Origin: Amphiscolops sp. MND2022
Taxonomy: Eukaryota
DNA: 64,000 nucleotides
Direction of reading: 5' to 3'
Assembly (NCBI GenBank): GCA_964187785.1
Contig: OZ076409.1
Coordinates: forward strand, 47,246,001-47,310,000
The number at the start of each line of letters is the position of its first letter. Position 1 is the stretch's first letter. A program made the position numbers and the translations under genes. The notes below the pieces were generated by a model that was not told where the DNA came from, did no database searches, and saw only the letters and a program-made list of their open reading frames with translations. Positions 40,555 to 52,492 of the stretch are shown here, one piece after another.

Positions 40555-40747
40555 ATGACGACTGTGGCCAAATTTGACCAACTTACCAACTGGGCAGAAC
40601 TGGTGTTTGAAAACGTCACAGAAAAAATCAACGACTATTTTCAAGGTCAACCCTCTTGGCAGGTAGCAGTGAAAACGGCAATTGCAACAGGCCTCATTAC
40701 TTACAGCTACTGCTGGATCAACCAGTATATTCACGAAGGAGATGAAG
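40555..40747 (+). CDS. SGPL1: Sphingosine-1-phosphate lyase-like, coding exon 1
   Basis: INDYFQGQPSWQ plus a hydrophobic anchor resembles the SGPL1 N-terminus (VNGHCTKYEPWQ); donor GAAG|gttaga, phase 1. Confidence 0.8.
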
Positions 40748-41831
40748 GTTAGAGTGTGACAACTTTTCTCCGGTCACGCATATCTAAATAGATTATCTTT
40801 CGGGTGCTTTTAAACCTTAGCAATCTTTCGGGTTCAACTTAAGCTTGACAATCCTTCGGATGCAACATATCTGTACATTTTTAACCATCAACAAATTTAT
40901 AACACGAGGAATTGATTTTGATTTTCATAATTTTTTCACTTGCCGAAGCTTTTCAACTGTATTTTTGGGAGGCTCTGTATCTTGCAGTGCATCGACACCC
41001 GAAAATGTAAACATGGCCCTCTAATACGGGCACATAAAACATTGCAGTTCTACGAACATGTGGTTCCGACAGAAACCTTACATTGATCGTTTCGCTTAAC
41101 TAAAGAATAAAGCTGCAACTACTAGAAATATATTCATTTTCCGCACATATTTCACATGGGAAAGGAAAATATTTAAATCAGCTGCATTTTTTAAAACAAA
41201 ATTTGCCATGTTCCAAACTCATATTCAAGGTAAAGGGCATCACCCATAGAATTCAAATGACGTAAATTTATGACGTTTCCTGCGATATGTATTTGTAGAG
41301 ATTTTTGGACCTTTTTGGTTGACCCCAAATCGATGGACTTCGTGGATTAGGAAGATAAAAACAATCAACAAGAAAGAATTCGTTGTCCAGGAAGATTTTT
41401 GAAAAAACAAATGCGGCTTTTTCTTCAAAAACAAAATGCCTCGAATTGAAACAAAAACTGTCGAAAACTCTAAAACTTTCAGATTCTATACAATTTTATG
41501 CAATTTTTGTCAAATTTTCGATAGACATCGCGGATTAAAATGTGAAAACGTTCAACAAAAAACGTATTCGTTGTCGCCTAGACTTTTTGGAGAACATAAA
41601 TACATTTGTCCGATGGAAAAATGCTTCAAAATGACCCAAAAATAACAAAGATCCAAAACTTTCAAATTTTGCCGTTTTTCATACAATTTGTGTACAATTT
41701 CTGAGAGTTTTAGTGAGTTAGAGGGTTCAAGACGAACCAAGTTGAAAGAACTTCTATGCAGTAGTCTTTTTTGCGAGAAATTTGCAGTGTTGGTGCTTCA
41801 AAAACAGTTCAAAATGACTCCAAATAAGACA

Positions 41832-42487
41832 AACAAGCCGGGACCGGCCCAAGTCGGCGCCATATCCAAGGCTCAAAAATAGCAAAAAGACTTCCAAGTG
41901 TCAAGTACTATTTTACAGTACTCGAAAATCGAAATTTTTTGAAAAAAAATTTTTCGAAAAAATTACATACTCAAAAAAAAATGGACCGAGTGGCGCGCTA
42001 AAGTCTCACAATGCCGAAAAACTGAAAGGGTGGACCCTTTGAGGTTTTTCAACATCCATTCTGTCGCAAAACATGAAAAAAATGACGAAAACAAAAATTT
42101 TCATTTTCGGGAAAAAATCTCACAATGCCGAAAAAAACTGAAAGGGGGGACCCTTTGGGATTTTGTAACATCCATTCTGTCGCAAAACATCAAAAAAAAT
42201 GCAGGGGGACCCTTTGGGAAAAATTTTTTTTCGAAAAAAAAAGTCTCGCAGTGCCGAAAAAAATGAAAGGGGGGAGTCTTTGGTCTCGCCCGGTATGGTA
42301 CGTTACGCGGAAAAACAGGAAAAACCTTTTTGGTTTTTTGGTTCAGTTCGCTAGACCAAATAGTGCATTTTGATGCAATAATATTTTGTAGAACATTTGT
42401 AGAACTATTTTGGTCAGTTCGTGTGGATAGAAAAAAAAAGAGTCACTATAATAGTCGCGTTTCACTTCATGAAGCGCCGACTAAAAA
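41832..42487 (+). mobile_element. HINE/DINE-1-like element in SGPL1 intron 1
   Basis: AACAAGCCGGGACCGGCCCAAGTCGGCGCC start and AGTCGCGTTTCA..TGAAGCGCCGACTAAAAA end, with internal subrepeats. Confidence 0.75.
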
Positions 42488-43567
42488 CGAACTTCGTTTT
42501 TTTTTCATTGTTTTTATGTATTTTTTGGGCGTCTTTTGAACCTTTTCGTAAATAGAATGTCGAAACTATTCACAAATGATTGAAATTGTTCTCAAGTAGG
42601 CTTCTCGAAGATACAACAGCATGCCTGTCAAAAAACCTTCAAATTGACCCCGAAACAAGCAAAAAAATTCAAATTGACACTTTATTGGTTTTTTGTGCAA
42701 TGTTTGATAAAATTTTGTAAGTTTGATGCGTTAAAAGTTTCATATCAATCCAGACAAAACAACTCGGTTCGCATCACGCTTTTAAAAGAGAATCTTGCGG
42801 GTTATATGGAAGGAAAACAACTCAGAATGACCCGTAATTTTAAAAAAACAGTTCTTTTGACGTTTTAATGCAACCTTTTTTGTAAATTTTTTTGAGCTAA
42901 TTCGTGGCATACAGTACATTAAATACTAAACAATGACTGTGGCTGGTATTCAATATTCCTTTCTGATGGTATAAACGCATTTCCTCGAGAGACCTCAAGA
43001 TCAGCCTCAAGATGACCCCAAAGTTTAAAAAAAACATCTTATTTATGAGTATCTACCAAGTATCTTTGCAGTATAAAGTATCTATGGAGTACACCTTTCA
43101 AAGGAAAATTTTGCAGTTTCCCAGGTAGAAGAAAAAAGCAGAAATACCTTCTAAAGTCTAAAACGGTTTGTCGTTTTCATGCAATTTTTGTAAAATATTT
43201 GAGGTATTTCGTGAATTAGATTGCTATAAATGTTCACCATCGACGGAGTCCGGTATCCAGTGGGCATTTTAGCAGAAATACGTGCAATTTCGTGTTTGAA
43301 AAGCGCGTCAAAATGACCCAAAAGTGTTGAAAATATCAAAAAAACTGAAAGTTTTGCTGACTTTTTGTGTATATAAACATGTAAAACTTTGGTAGGTTAT
43401 GTCCTGGTATTCCTTTAGTTCAACGACAAAACAATTCAGAGTGTATTACTAAATCAGGGTTTCCTTCAAAAATGAGATAAGATGAATAAAACAGTTTCGA
43501 AACTCTAATTCCTTCAAACTTATATGCATGATAATCGAATAATAATCGAATACGATTACATAATCGA

Positions 43568-44845
43568 ATGATACGATTCACTGAGAAAAACAACTTGATT
43601 TGTCCCATGCAATATGGATTCAGAAATAGCATGTCTTGTGTTGATGCTATCGCTGCAATAACAGAATTCGTTCGTACTGAAATAGATAAGAAAGCACAAG
43701 GCCAAGTTTGCTTTATTGATTTGCAAAAAGCTTTCGATACGTTGGATCATGACATTTTATTGAAGAAGTTGGTAGATTATGGTTTTAGAGGGAAAATTTT
43801 CGATATTTTAAAAAATTATCTCTCAGAGCGTTGGCAGTACATTAGTCATAACGGTGTTTGCACGAAAAAGCTTAAAATTGTGTCAGGTGTTCCCCAGGGC
43901 TCCGTCTTGGGTCCATTTCTGTTTCTTTTGTATATTAATGACATTCATTTGTGTATGGGAAATTGTACCATGGCCATGTTTGCAGATGATACAACAATTT
44001 GCAGTTCGAAACGCAAAGGTGTCTGTTCAATTCAATCAGATATAGACAATGTATCGCAGTGGTTTTGTCAAAATAGACTTAGTATAAACAGAGATAAATG
44101 CGAAGCAGTTGCATTCGGACGCGGTCATCCCAATGAAATTTTGATTTTAGACAAAAAACTACCTTATTCGAACGCGTGCAAGTATTTAGGTGTTTACGTG
44201 GACAAAACTTTGCGCTTCAGAGAACATATTGATTACGTCGAAAAAAAACTCAATAAGTTCTGTGGTCTGATATATCGCGTACGTCATATGTTCAACAAAA
44301 AGTGTCTACTGATGTTTTATAACTCCTTTGCAAAGTCCAAAATTTGTTATGGATTACTAATATACGGTTCTGCTGCCAAAACAAACTTGTTGAAAATTGA
44401 AAAAGCGCAACGAAGAATTTTACGAGCTATTTTTTTCAAGAAGAAATTTGATTCCCTACGTGATCTTTTTAGAACGAATAAAATTTTGACAGTTTTTGAA
44501 CTTTTCATTCTCGAGAACATCACAGAGCTTTTCAGGCAGCTGAGGTTTGAAGCACCTAAATCTTTCATAGTGCTAGATGCCAATGACGTGAGAACATATA
44601 CAACTCGTTGGAATATGAAAAAATTGATACCGGCGCAATACAATCGGACTGTTTTAAAGAGAAGATCCTTAGAAAATTTCCTTCGCTTAACTTATAATTG
44701 GTTAATGGAAGCAGAATTGATTCCAAAAGATGTGAGGAAACTATCAAGCTATCAAGTTAAAAAGCTCATCACAAGTATAACAACGAACTATGTAGTCGAT
44801 AACAAGTATCTCTTTGCATATTACTTTGAAAAGGAATTATGCTGA
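43568..44845 (+). CDS. Reverse transcriptase of a 5'-truncated CR1/L2-group LINE (element extends to about 45065)
   Basis: QYGFR, FIDLQKAFD, GVPQGSVLGP, FADD and KYLG motifs in an open 425-aa frame; 3' UTR stem-loop and AATAAA. Confidence 0.92.
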   Translation: MIRFTEKNNLICPMQYGFRNSMSCVDAIAAITEFVRTEIDKKAQGQVCFIDLQKAFDTLDHDILLKKLVDYGFRGKIFDILKNYLSERWQYISHNGVCTKKLKIVSGVPQGSVLGPFLFLLYINDIHLCMGNCTMAMFADDTTICSSKRKGVCSIQSDIDNVSQWFCQNRLSINRDKCEAVAFGRGHPNEILILDKKLPYSNACKYLGVYVDKTLRFREHIDYVEKKLNKFCGLIYRVRHMFNKKCLLMFYNSFAKSKICYGLLIYGSAAKTNLLKIEKAQRRILRAIFFKKKFDSLRDLFRTNKILTVFELFILENITELFRQLRFEAPKSFIVLDANDVRTYTTRWNMKKLIPAQYNRTVLKRRSLENFLRLTYNWLMEAELIPKDVRKLSSYQVKKLITSITTNYVVDNKYLFAYYFEKELC

Positions 44846-45223
44846 TAATGACATTTTTTCGGAAGTAGTGCTCAACGTAGGAAAAGTTCTTGAGGGCGGC
44901 AATTGTCTTAAAACATCATTTCAAATATGTTTTGAATTTGGTTCTTCAGGGCAGGAAATTTGACGAGCCAATAGGCTCTTTTCCTGTCCAGATTGGTTCT
45001 TTTCATTTCAATTTATGTATTTGGTTTTTCTGTGTAATGATCCCAATCGAATAAACTTTTCTTTTCTTCTTTTCATGTTCGTAGTGCATTGGCTGTTTTT
45101 GAGCCTCAAAATTATGTCGTAGTAGAACAGTTTGGGGCAGAAAAATATCTCGCTGGTCAGCGGGTGTCTTGTATATACAAAAAATCTGATTGATCCCAAG
45201 TAGTAAAGGCATTTGTGTTTTAG

Positions 45224-45291
45224 TCCTTCGAAAGCGGCTGCGAAAAAAATTTTTCTCTTTCGTGCGAAGTCTTCCCATCGTAAAGCAAAAG
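45224..45291 (+). CDS. SGPL1: SGPL1-like coding exon 2
   Basis: tttag|...AAG|gttagt; encodes VLRKRLRKKFFSFVRSLPIVKQK; frame is consistent with exon 1. Confidence 0.85.
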
Positions 45292-45367
45292 GTTAGTTTG
45301 TTTTATCAGACCATAACTGTCTCAGATGTCAATTTGGATAACAAAAAGTACGTGGTTATAAATTTAG

Positions 45368-45515
45368 ATCCAGGAAAAAGTAGCAGAAGTGAAGAAAGAT
45401 GTTGACGGCAGTTTGTTTCTCCTGAAGGACGGAATGACCTACTGTCAGGAGTTGCCCTGGGATGGGATGACTCAGGAACAAGTTATGAAGAAAATGGAGG
45501 AATATCAAGTTTTAG
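45368..45515 (+). CDS. SGPL1: SGPL1-like coding exon 3
   Basis: ttag|ATC...TTAG|gtgag; encodes IQEKVAEVKKDVDGSLFLLKDGMTYCQELPWDGMTQEQVMKKMEEYQVL, compare human IQDKLNKTKDD...LPSQGLS. Confidence 0.85.
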
Positions 45516-47018
45516 GTGAGTATACGACGGAACGCCTATAGTTAACAGTGAGATGAATATCCCTCATCATGAAACGTCAATGTAATATAAAATTTGAAAA
45601 CATTCTACCTTGAGCTCGTGATTCTATGGAGTTCATTAGTATGAACGCCCTGGTTTCCCTCTCATGCAAAAACCAGTTGATCATAGTCTGTCATAATGTT
45701 TTTTGTTATTTAAAAAATATATGATCCCAGGCTGATCATAGACAAGTCATACAGGTTTATGGTGACAACCTGAACATAGGCTGGACCATCTATGCAAATA
45801 ATTGAAATTGAGTAATTCTTAATAAATGAGCCTTTTTAATCTCAAAACTATAAAAATTGCAATGACTATTTTTGACATCTTAGGCTGATTTATCCACGAT
45901 TGGTGTCAAATGAAACACAAATCTCACTGAAAACTGAGGACTTCGGTAAAAGAAAAGTAGGCGTCCCGGTTAAGGCTCAAGATGCGAAAGTCGTTTAAAT
46001 ACGGTAAAGATTTGATTTTACGAGAGTTTGGAAAAATCTCACCGTGCCAAATAATTCCCCTAGGGGTTGTGCTTCGGTTTCAGAAAAGTGTTTTTCCTCC
46101 CCTAAAACTTCAAAAAAAGAGTACCCATTGGCTACATAAAAATTTTCCAAAAAAGTCGTGCAATCCCGGAGAAAACAAAACATCAAAAGATGACCCTCTT
46201 TTGCAAATCAATGAAAAAGGCGAAATTTTCAAAAGCTGACACTTTGGCTTCTTTGGATCTTAGGCCTGAAGTCTGTAGAAAGTATCGTTTTCAGTGTGAG
46301 CTGTGGTCTGAGGAAAAAATAGTCACCGTGATAGTCGCCCTAGTTGAAGCTGCAGGAACTTTTTACATGCTGCAGGCATGCATGCAGGGTAATTTTTTAT
46401 AGAACCTAGAAAATTCAGAGAACTTCGGTTGGTAAATCATGTACAATTACACTGCATTTTCCACTATTGCAATTAAATTTGAAAATAAATTACATTAAAA
46501 TACCGACACGATCACTTTGTTTTCACACGTTCTTTTCTCAACTACTCATCTGATGTGATTACCGCTTCTCAAATAGCACGCTAGACATGACGCTAACTTA
46601 CAATTTATTATGCGACTGAAGTTATTTTGCATTGATTTAGCGGTAAAATTGATAGCGCCTTATTTGCTTTCAAAATTATAACTGCTGCTTAATGAAACCT
46701 GCAAAACCTCAAGGCTTAAAATTGCCGCCAAAACACTGATGAATCTTTTAAGCAGCCTAATAAAAGTTAAATACAACAGGGACAAATTTTCGCATGAAAG
46801 TTTCCGTAAGAATTTTAGAAAATCATAATAAAAATTGCTGGCAACATTAAAGTACATGCAAAAAGTTCAAGCAGTTTCAACAAGGGCGGGCATATTTTTA
46901 TACAATGTGTTTGTATGATTTGAATGGTGCCATATAATGTCGAGACCATAATTAGCCTAGCCAGGAAACCTGGGTGCTTGACTGTAGGAACACAGCAGCA
47001 AGAGGTTGCAAATAATGC

Positions 47019-47669
47019 AGTAGTAGGGGAAATGCCGTTATTGGCCAACAAAAATTCAAAAAATCAAAGTTCACAAAATCCCCCCTTTTAGAGGCATTTT
47101 CACGAAACATATCATTAAAATTAGGGTTTTTACCATGAAGTAACAAACATCATGATGCATTTCCAAAAATAAATCATCAAAATCAACGTTTTTACCATAC
47201 CGATTTTGACCAAGATTTCAAAAGCCCCAAAACCCCCCCTTTAGAGGCACTTTTCAAAAAGAAATCAACAAAACTGGGTTTTTACCATGAAGCAAAAGGA
47301 CACGAACCTCTATGCTAAAAGCAATGCAATGTAAAAGCAATGCAATGTGAATGCAAGATTGTAGAAGCAATCCGGTATTTATACAACTAAAACTAACATT
47401 GTTTCGTCTCCTATAGCTTAGTGGTTATAGCATTGACTAAAGTTAAGGCTTCGGCCGGAGTGTTTGAGGTTCACTTCTATCCAACGTCCCCCAGTCTTTG
47501 TTATAACTTACATGCTATGGGAGAATAATCACCAATGGCACAGGTCTTAAAAAGGATAATCCCTGCTGTGGAAACTCTTAGTGGAACGGACTCCCGATGG
47601 GCTTTGAGTTTACCATAGGCATGTCAATGCGCGAAGCTGCGGGCATGCCTATGGGTTTTGTATTTTTCA
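47019..47669 (+). repeat. Polinton left TIR (about 651 bp)
   Basis: Reverse complement of 61488-62017, with about 125 extra bp (about 47196-47321). Confidence 0.95.
47407..47524 (+). ncRNA. Candidate structured Pol III-type RNA inside the TIR (mirror copy at 61632-61749, minus strand)
   Basis: A-box TAGCTTAGTGG, imperfect B-box GGTTCACTTCT, and stems TCTCCTATAGC/GCTATGGGAGA and GTTATAGCA/TGTTATAAC. Expression is not shown. Confidence 0.35.
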
Positions 47670-47729
47670 TACATGGGAAATAATTTTAGAAATGAGTATT
47701 CACACACAACAATGAAAAATAACTAATAA

Positions 47730-48155
47730 ATGAAATATTTGTCATGTCAATATCTCTCATTCAAAGAATTTGTTGAAAAATACAGACCAAAAAGCGAAGC
47801 AACTTCTAATATAAAAATAAAAGAAATCTTGAAACTCATGAACATAACCGAGTGTGGAATATACATGAGAGATGATAAATTTACGACTACCAGTGGTATT
47901 GTTAACTTACATCCAACTAAAGGAACACATTGGGTTATGTTTGTTAACGAGTTTTATTTTGATTCTTATGACTGTCCACCTCCAACTAATATACTTGATC
48001 ACATTAAAAAAGGTATCTATTCAGAATATCAAATTCAGAAAAATGATAGCTTTTGCGCGGCGTATTGTTTGTATGTGTTGTATCTCACAAATATAATTGG
48101 TTTCAAAAATGCAGTACTAAATTTGTACTATCAAACTTTCAAACCTAATAAATGA
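47730..48155 (+). CDS. Adenain-like virion maturation cysteine protease
   Basis: GTHWV (His), YFDSY (Asp), QIQ..SFCAAYC (Gln/Cys). Confidence 0.9.
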   Translation: MKYLSCQYLSFKEFVEKYRPKSEATSNIKIKEILKLMNITECGIYMRDDKFTTTSGIVNLHPTKGTHWVMFVNEFYFDSYDCPPPTNILDHIKKGIYSEYQIQKNDSFCAAYCLYVLYLTNIIGFKNAVLNLYYQTFKPNK

Positions 48156-48343
48156 AGACAATTAATACTTATTCAGCTCAATATAAATTTATCCCACAAA
48201 ACTTCACAGAACAACCCACCCAGAATCAAAATCGAAATCATACAAAAAATACAACAAAGCCGCATAAGAAAAAATTATCAAAAGATAGGCAAGAATTTAT
48301 AAATAACATTTCCGCCAGTGGATTCAAACAATTTCAAGTATAA
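48152..48343 (+). CDS. Small basic hypothetical protein
   Basis: TAAATG start; overlaps the protease stop codon; Lys-rich. Confidence 0.45.
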   Translation: MKTINTYSAQYKFIPQNFTEQPTQNQNRNHTKNTTKPHKKKLSKDRQEFINNISASGFKQFQV

Positions 48344-48376
48344 TGCACAGCTTAGAAAAAAGATTTTTTCTAATAA

Positions 48377-49668
48377 ATGGATCTATCAACCTTCGTAACA
48401 TATGATAAAAAAGAATCTCTTCTTTTAAATATTGCAAAATCTAATCAAGAAATTGTTGAAAATACTCATTCTAAACCACAAGAAACTCTAGAATTTAAAA
48501 TGACTAAACAAAAAGAATCTTTCGCATTTGATGTTCCTTTGGAATTACCTGAAAAATGGATGATGGGAGTAACAAGTTTAGAAGTGTATAATACAGTTTA
48601 TAATATCACTAACAGCAATAGCAAACTAGAGATTATTCTGAATGATCAACAACTCAAAGAACTTAACCTTGACAGTGAATTATTAGTGTTTGTTGAAGAT
48701 TTATACAAATCCTATTTTGTTAAACCTTACAAGTATAGTGAATTTTTAGAAAAGGTTAATAAGCTTATCACTAATAGTTATTCTAAAAAAAGAAACTTAC
48801 TAGATTAGATTTTACCTATTTAACAAAGATAATTGAATCACTCAATGAAATATATAAATAACGCCTCAATCAAGAAAAACTAAAACAAGAAATAAACCAA
48901 GAAAAAATGAACCAAGAAAAAATAAACCAAGAAAAAGAAAATCAGGAAAGAATAATTCAAGCATACAAAGATCACCTAAAACATGAAAAAATAATTTGGG
49001 AGGAAATAAAGTGGGAGGAAATAAATTGGGATGAAAAAAATCAGGACGAAACAACCCAAGAGGCAAAGCTACGCGAAACAACTCAAGAAAATCAAGAGGA
49101 TGAAGTAAACTAAATAAAGGAAATAAGTTTACCCCCCTTTGAAATTATTGAAAATGATTTCTTTGAAATAGAACTAACACCAGGAGTTTATGAACTAGTT
49201 GATATAAATAATGCTATTAAACTAAAAATTCATGAAAGTGATTATGATTTTAAAATTGATATGATACCCGACACAATATCAATGAAATCAGTTCTAACAA
49301 CCTCAAACCCTATTCATTCTAACTCCAGACTTAACATTCTTTTGGGTTTTACAAACAAGGATTACCCACCCGGAACTCACACTTCAGAAAAACCAGTTAT
49401 GATAACAACCACAGACAAAGTTCATCTGAAGTGTGATTGTGTAGATGGTTCAATTGTTAATGGTATACGGGAACAAAATTTATTTTCATTTAATTTAAGC
49501 GCACCTCCCGGATATAAAATTATAAAAGAACCCACAACTGTTTTGTACAAGCTGATAAATAAAACACGACTGGACACCATCCAATTTTTTCTTGAAGACT
49601 CCAACCACGACAGAGTTGATTTCAACGGGGAGACACTCACCTTCACAATTCAAATTATCAAGATTTAA
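48377..49668 (+). pseudogene. Minor capsid (penton-like) protein, disrupted, with a low-complexity insertion
   Basis: N-part FDVPLELPEKWMMGVTSLEVYN; C-part LKCDCVDGSIVNG..LFSF..PPGYKI..VDFNGETLTFTIQI; split into three ORFs. Confidence 0.8.
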
Positions 49669-49731
49669 GCAATAAACTTAGATTTAATACTAATGCGAAG
49701 CTGGGAAAAAATGAAAATTCTTTTCTAATAA

Positions 49732-50152
49732 TTGAGTCACAATAAGCAAAGCGCCTTCGGTAAATATAAAAATAATTCATATTGTGTTGGTGCAAAACAT
49801 TATTCCGCTACCACAAATATTCGTGGAGATATTACACAAAATAAAAAAACTGGTATGTCAGTAAAACTATTAAGAGGTACTTGCACTACTTGCACTGTAT
49901 CAGATCAAACAATAAATGGGGAAGGATTAGGAGATTTCTTCAAACATTTGGGTTCTGCTGCCAAGAATGTTGGAAAGAAAATACTCAATAATCCACGCCG
50001 CGCATTGGAAATAGCAGCAAATATTGGAACGGCAGCAGCAAGTAGAAATCCAAAACTTATTGCTGCAACTGCTCCTGTTATCATAAAATTTGTTCATCAA
50101 GGAAAGGGTTTATATTTTGGGGAAAACTCATTAATGTGCGCAACTTCGCATT
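49732..50152 (+). CDS. Probable virion core protein with a Zn-ribbon-like N-part and an amphipathic helix after GEG
   Basis: YCVG...GTCTTC followed by GEG|LGDFFKHLGSAAKNVGKKIL; the 3' end is probably frameshifted. Confidence 0.55.
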
Positions 50153-50171
50153 CACTAAATATATTTAATAA

Positions 50172-51203
50172 ATGTATTCAATTCATAATCGCGATGACTT
50201 GGAAAAATTAAAAAAATTACAAGAAACAAAATCTTTACTACACAAAGAAAGAATAAAAGAGAAACTAGGGAAGCAAGATTTTCATTACGATATGGAAGAA
50301 GTTTTTGAACCTGTTACTACAAAGCAGGCGGAAGCTACTGAAAACCAGAAACAATTATCTGAAAAACAAATACAAGCACTACATGATTCTACCCGCGCAG
50401 CTTCACAAACAACAGTACAAGCAATAGAAAATCAAACACAGGCAATTCGAGAATCGAGTAACGCTTTGAAAAAAAATTTACAGACATCATTTAAAGAAGG
50501 AATACAAGAATATGATGAAATTACGAATCGTAATAATCAGCTCCCTACAAGTCTTGTTAATTCCAACCTGGTTGATTCTAGTATTGTAAAAACAGTTTCT
50601 AATTTACTTAATGACAAAAACAAAAGTCAATTTAGTTGAGAACCAATTACACAAGACAACCCGCGCAGCTCCGCGAATTTATTCACAATTAACCCTCATA
50701 ACCCACAACAAGTAATATTCAAAGGTTCAACGATGACTTTCGAGAATGGGCAATCATATGATTTAAATGACCCAGATCTTCAATATTTTATAAATAATAC
50801 TCAATTTAACAGAGAAATATTAAATATGAACATAATTTATAATTTCTTAAATGATATGAAATATAACATAAATTATGGGGATAAAAAATCAAATAGATAT
50901 AATTTCATTAAAAATTTGCATACTGCTTATCAAGAGTTGCGAAGCCAGTCGAGAAGCCAATTACAGGGCTTCACAGGAAGTGGATTGAATGGTGATGCTT
51001 TACAAATCATCTTCCTCCCATCTGATCCAGATGAATTAGTGGATCAATTAAAACTTCTTTATTTTGAAAAATTAGGAGGAAATGACAACCCCCAAATCAA
51101 TGAACAAATCATAGCAATTGTAGATAAACTAATAGAGTATGAATGCATTACAACAAATCAACACCAAAATCTGATCTCCTCGCAAAGCCCCTCAATTACT
51201 TAA
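50172..51203 (+). pseudogene. Polinton coiled-coil protein with C-terminal LPSDPDELVDQL motif, one in-frame stop
   Basis: ORFs 50172-50639 and 50733-51203 share a frame, separated by TGA; GSGL precedes the C-terminal motif. Confidence 0.6.
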
Positions 51204-52205
51204 AGGATCAGTTTGTGGATTAAAGACCTTATAATTTGGATTAGATTCATTACAAATCCTGAACCTACTCCCATTTTTAACTTCCAATCTATTTACTAAT
51301 AAATAATTGAATTTTTCGTTCCATGCTTCTCTGCACAAACTGTTGAATTCCTCATAAGACATATCAAATCCTGCTATGTCCCAATGAATGTGTTCTACAT
51401 CTTTCAGTGTTTGTTGAAAAAAAATTATTATATTCGAATTGTTTCTAACTGTCTTTTTTGGTGCATCAAAATAACTCTGACATAAATAATAAACATCACA
51501 CAACTTATGTCTTCCTCTGGTAAAAAATGGATCAATCAGTTTTTGGTTGGAGTCTAACATATCATCAAATACTACACAACACTCCCTATACTCTTCCAAA
51601 TCCCCCACATTTTCTTCCACACTTACACCACCAATATCAATGTCCTCATATTGTTCCGGACTCCTCCTAAAAACACAAATTTGTTTCTCTGGATCTTCCA
51701 AACGAATCAATTGTAATTTATTCAACAACAAATGAGTCTTACCACAAAAAGATGGACCAACTATAAATGTTTTATTACACTTATTATCATTATCATTATT
51801 ACGTTTATTATTATGTGTGTGGGAACCTGCGTGAAGCTGTGAATGCTCCTGCGCGGGAACCTGTGTTAGCTGTCGCACGGGAAGCATGTCACGCGCAGCT
51901 TCGCCCCCAGTATGTGCGTGAAGCTCTGCGGGAACCTGTGTGGGAACCTGCGTGGGAAGCTGCGGATACAACTGTTGTTTCTTAATGTGGGATCTTAAAT
52001 AACTCTTATTTAATTCCTTATTGCAAAATTCACACCTCACTTTTTTATTAAAACATTCTTTCCAAGTACTGTACAGTTTACCATTTTTGTATGAATAAAA
52101 AGTATCACAATTCTTCATAATATTACATTCCTCACATCTTTTTTTATGACTACAATTATCACACAGTGATTTTTCACTACTTTTATTACAAAATAAGCAG
52201 TTCAT
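51192..52205 (-). CDS. A32/FtsK-like packaging ATPase with N-terminal Zn fingers
   Basis: Walker A IVGPSFCGKT, Walker B VVFDD, TRGRH, LCQSY; several CxxC pairs at the N-terminus. Confidence 0.9.
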   Translation of the reverse strand: MNCLFCNKSSEKSLCDNCSHKKRCEECNIMKNCDTFYSYKNGKLYSTWKECFNKKVRCEFCNKELNKSYLRSHIKKQQLYPQLPTQVPTQVPAELHAHTGGEAARDMLPVRQLTQVPAQEHSQLHAGSHTHNNKRNNDNDNKCNKTFIVGPSFCGKTHLLLNKLQLIRLEDPEKQICVFRRSPEQYEDIDIGGVSVEENVGDLEEYRECCVVFDDMLDSNQKLIDPFFTRGRHKLCDVYYLCQSYFDAPKKTVRNNSNIIIFFQQTLKDVEHIHWDIAGFDMSYEEFNSLCREAWNEKFNYLLVNRLEVKNGSRFRICNESNPNYKVFNPQTDPLSN

Positions 52206-52492
52206 TTTTTTGGTAAAAAATCACTTAACTTCTCTAAACTTCACTAATAATCACTATGTAATCACTATGTAATAACTATGTAATCACTATGTATTCACTA
52301 AGCAAATTTCACTAAATCACTATGTATTCACTATACAATCACTAAGAGCATTTATTTCTCTAAGATTAAAGAGTATTGTGAAATTTAGAGAAAATAAATG
52401 CTCTTAGTAATGCTTGGTGATTGTCTAGTGTTTCTTAGTGTTTCTCAGATCCCTAAGAATCACTAAATAATCACTAATTACTCAAGAAATCA

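Noticed and set aside
47407..47480. A bona fide tRNA gene in the TIR
   Set aside because: No canonical 7-nt anticodon loop, and no T-arm adjacent to the acceptor 3' strand; kept only as a ncRNA candidate.
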